Positions 63,766 to 64,000 of a stretch of 64,000 bases of DNA are shown here, one piece after another; positions within the stretch are counted from its first letter, which is position 1, and each line of letters starts with the position of its first letter. The stretch is from Phaeosaccion multiseriatum (lineage: Eukaryota > Protista > Ochrophyta, other classes). Where the stretch lies: the NCBI GenBank assembly GCA_965112735.1, contig OZ218954.1, positions 2,542,001 through 2,606,000 on the forward strand, written 5' to 3'. Under the pieces are notes generated by a model. It was not told the origin of the DNA and searched no databases. It saw only the letters and a program-made list of their open reading frames with translations. Both the position numbers and the translations under genes were made by a program.

Positions 63766-64000
63766 ATGAAGCGCTTTTCCCCGCTGTTCGGGGAAAGCTG
63801 GAGGTGGAGGCAGAGAGGAAGAGGGTAGCACTATTCCACATGGGACCAGCCAGCGCGAGGGGGAGAGGCCGATGGAAATGAATAGGCTCGGTGGAGGCGA
63901 GGGGAGAGACAACCACCACCACAATCTCACCAGCAGCAGCAGCAGACGCGGACATGAGACATGCATTCATTTCCTGGTGCAGGCACGAAGTAATGAAGGT

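Overview
Eukaryotic genomic DNA with short GT-AG introns (about 80-120 nt). A photosynthetic stramenopile is inferred from a bipartite-looking targeting peptide and the gene styles; this is not certain. The window has three parts. (1) 1-28707 is a highly homogeneous 177-bp satellite array (about 139 monomers, continuing off the left edge) with higher-order repeats, a candidate centromeric satellite. The giant 59-aa-repeat ORFs are artefacts of it. (2) A 4,116-bp element is inserted cleanly into one monomer (2999-7114). It has the split-direct-repeat layout A1...B1-A2-B2, no TSD and no recognisable enzyme ORF, so it is read as a young non-autonomous tyrosine-recombinase (Ngaro/PAT/TOC1-type) retrotransposon. 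At the array edge (28.9-31.2 kb, minus strand) lies a decayed relative with the same 3' sequences and readable RNase H and tyrosine recombinase motifs. A co-oriented Gypsy-like RT relic lies just upstream of it. Together these suggest a satellite-associated YR-retroelement family. (3) 31.5-64 kb is gene-dense, mostly in tight head-to-head pairs: a hypothetical protein, PLRG1, a 5-qRRM hnRNP F/H-like protein, GlyRS, ataxin-10, a coiled-coil protein, a 2-SANT MYB, PRP18, a SET methyltransferase, a GNAT, RPS27, DDX52 and a TRMT2A-like protein. CDS coordinates are whole-gene spans including introns, read by eye.
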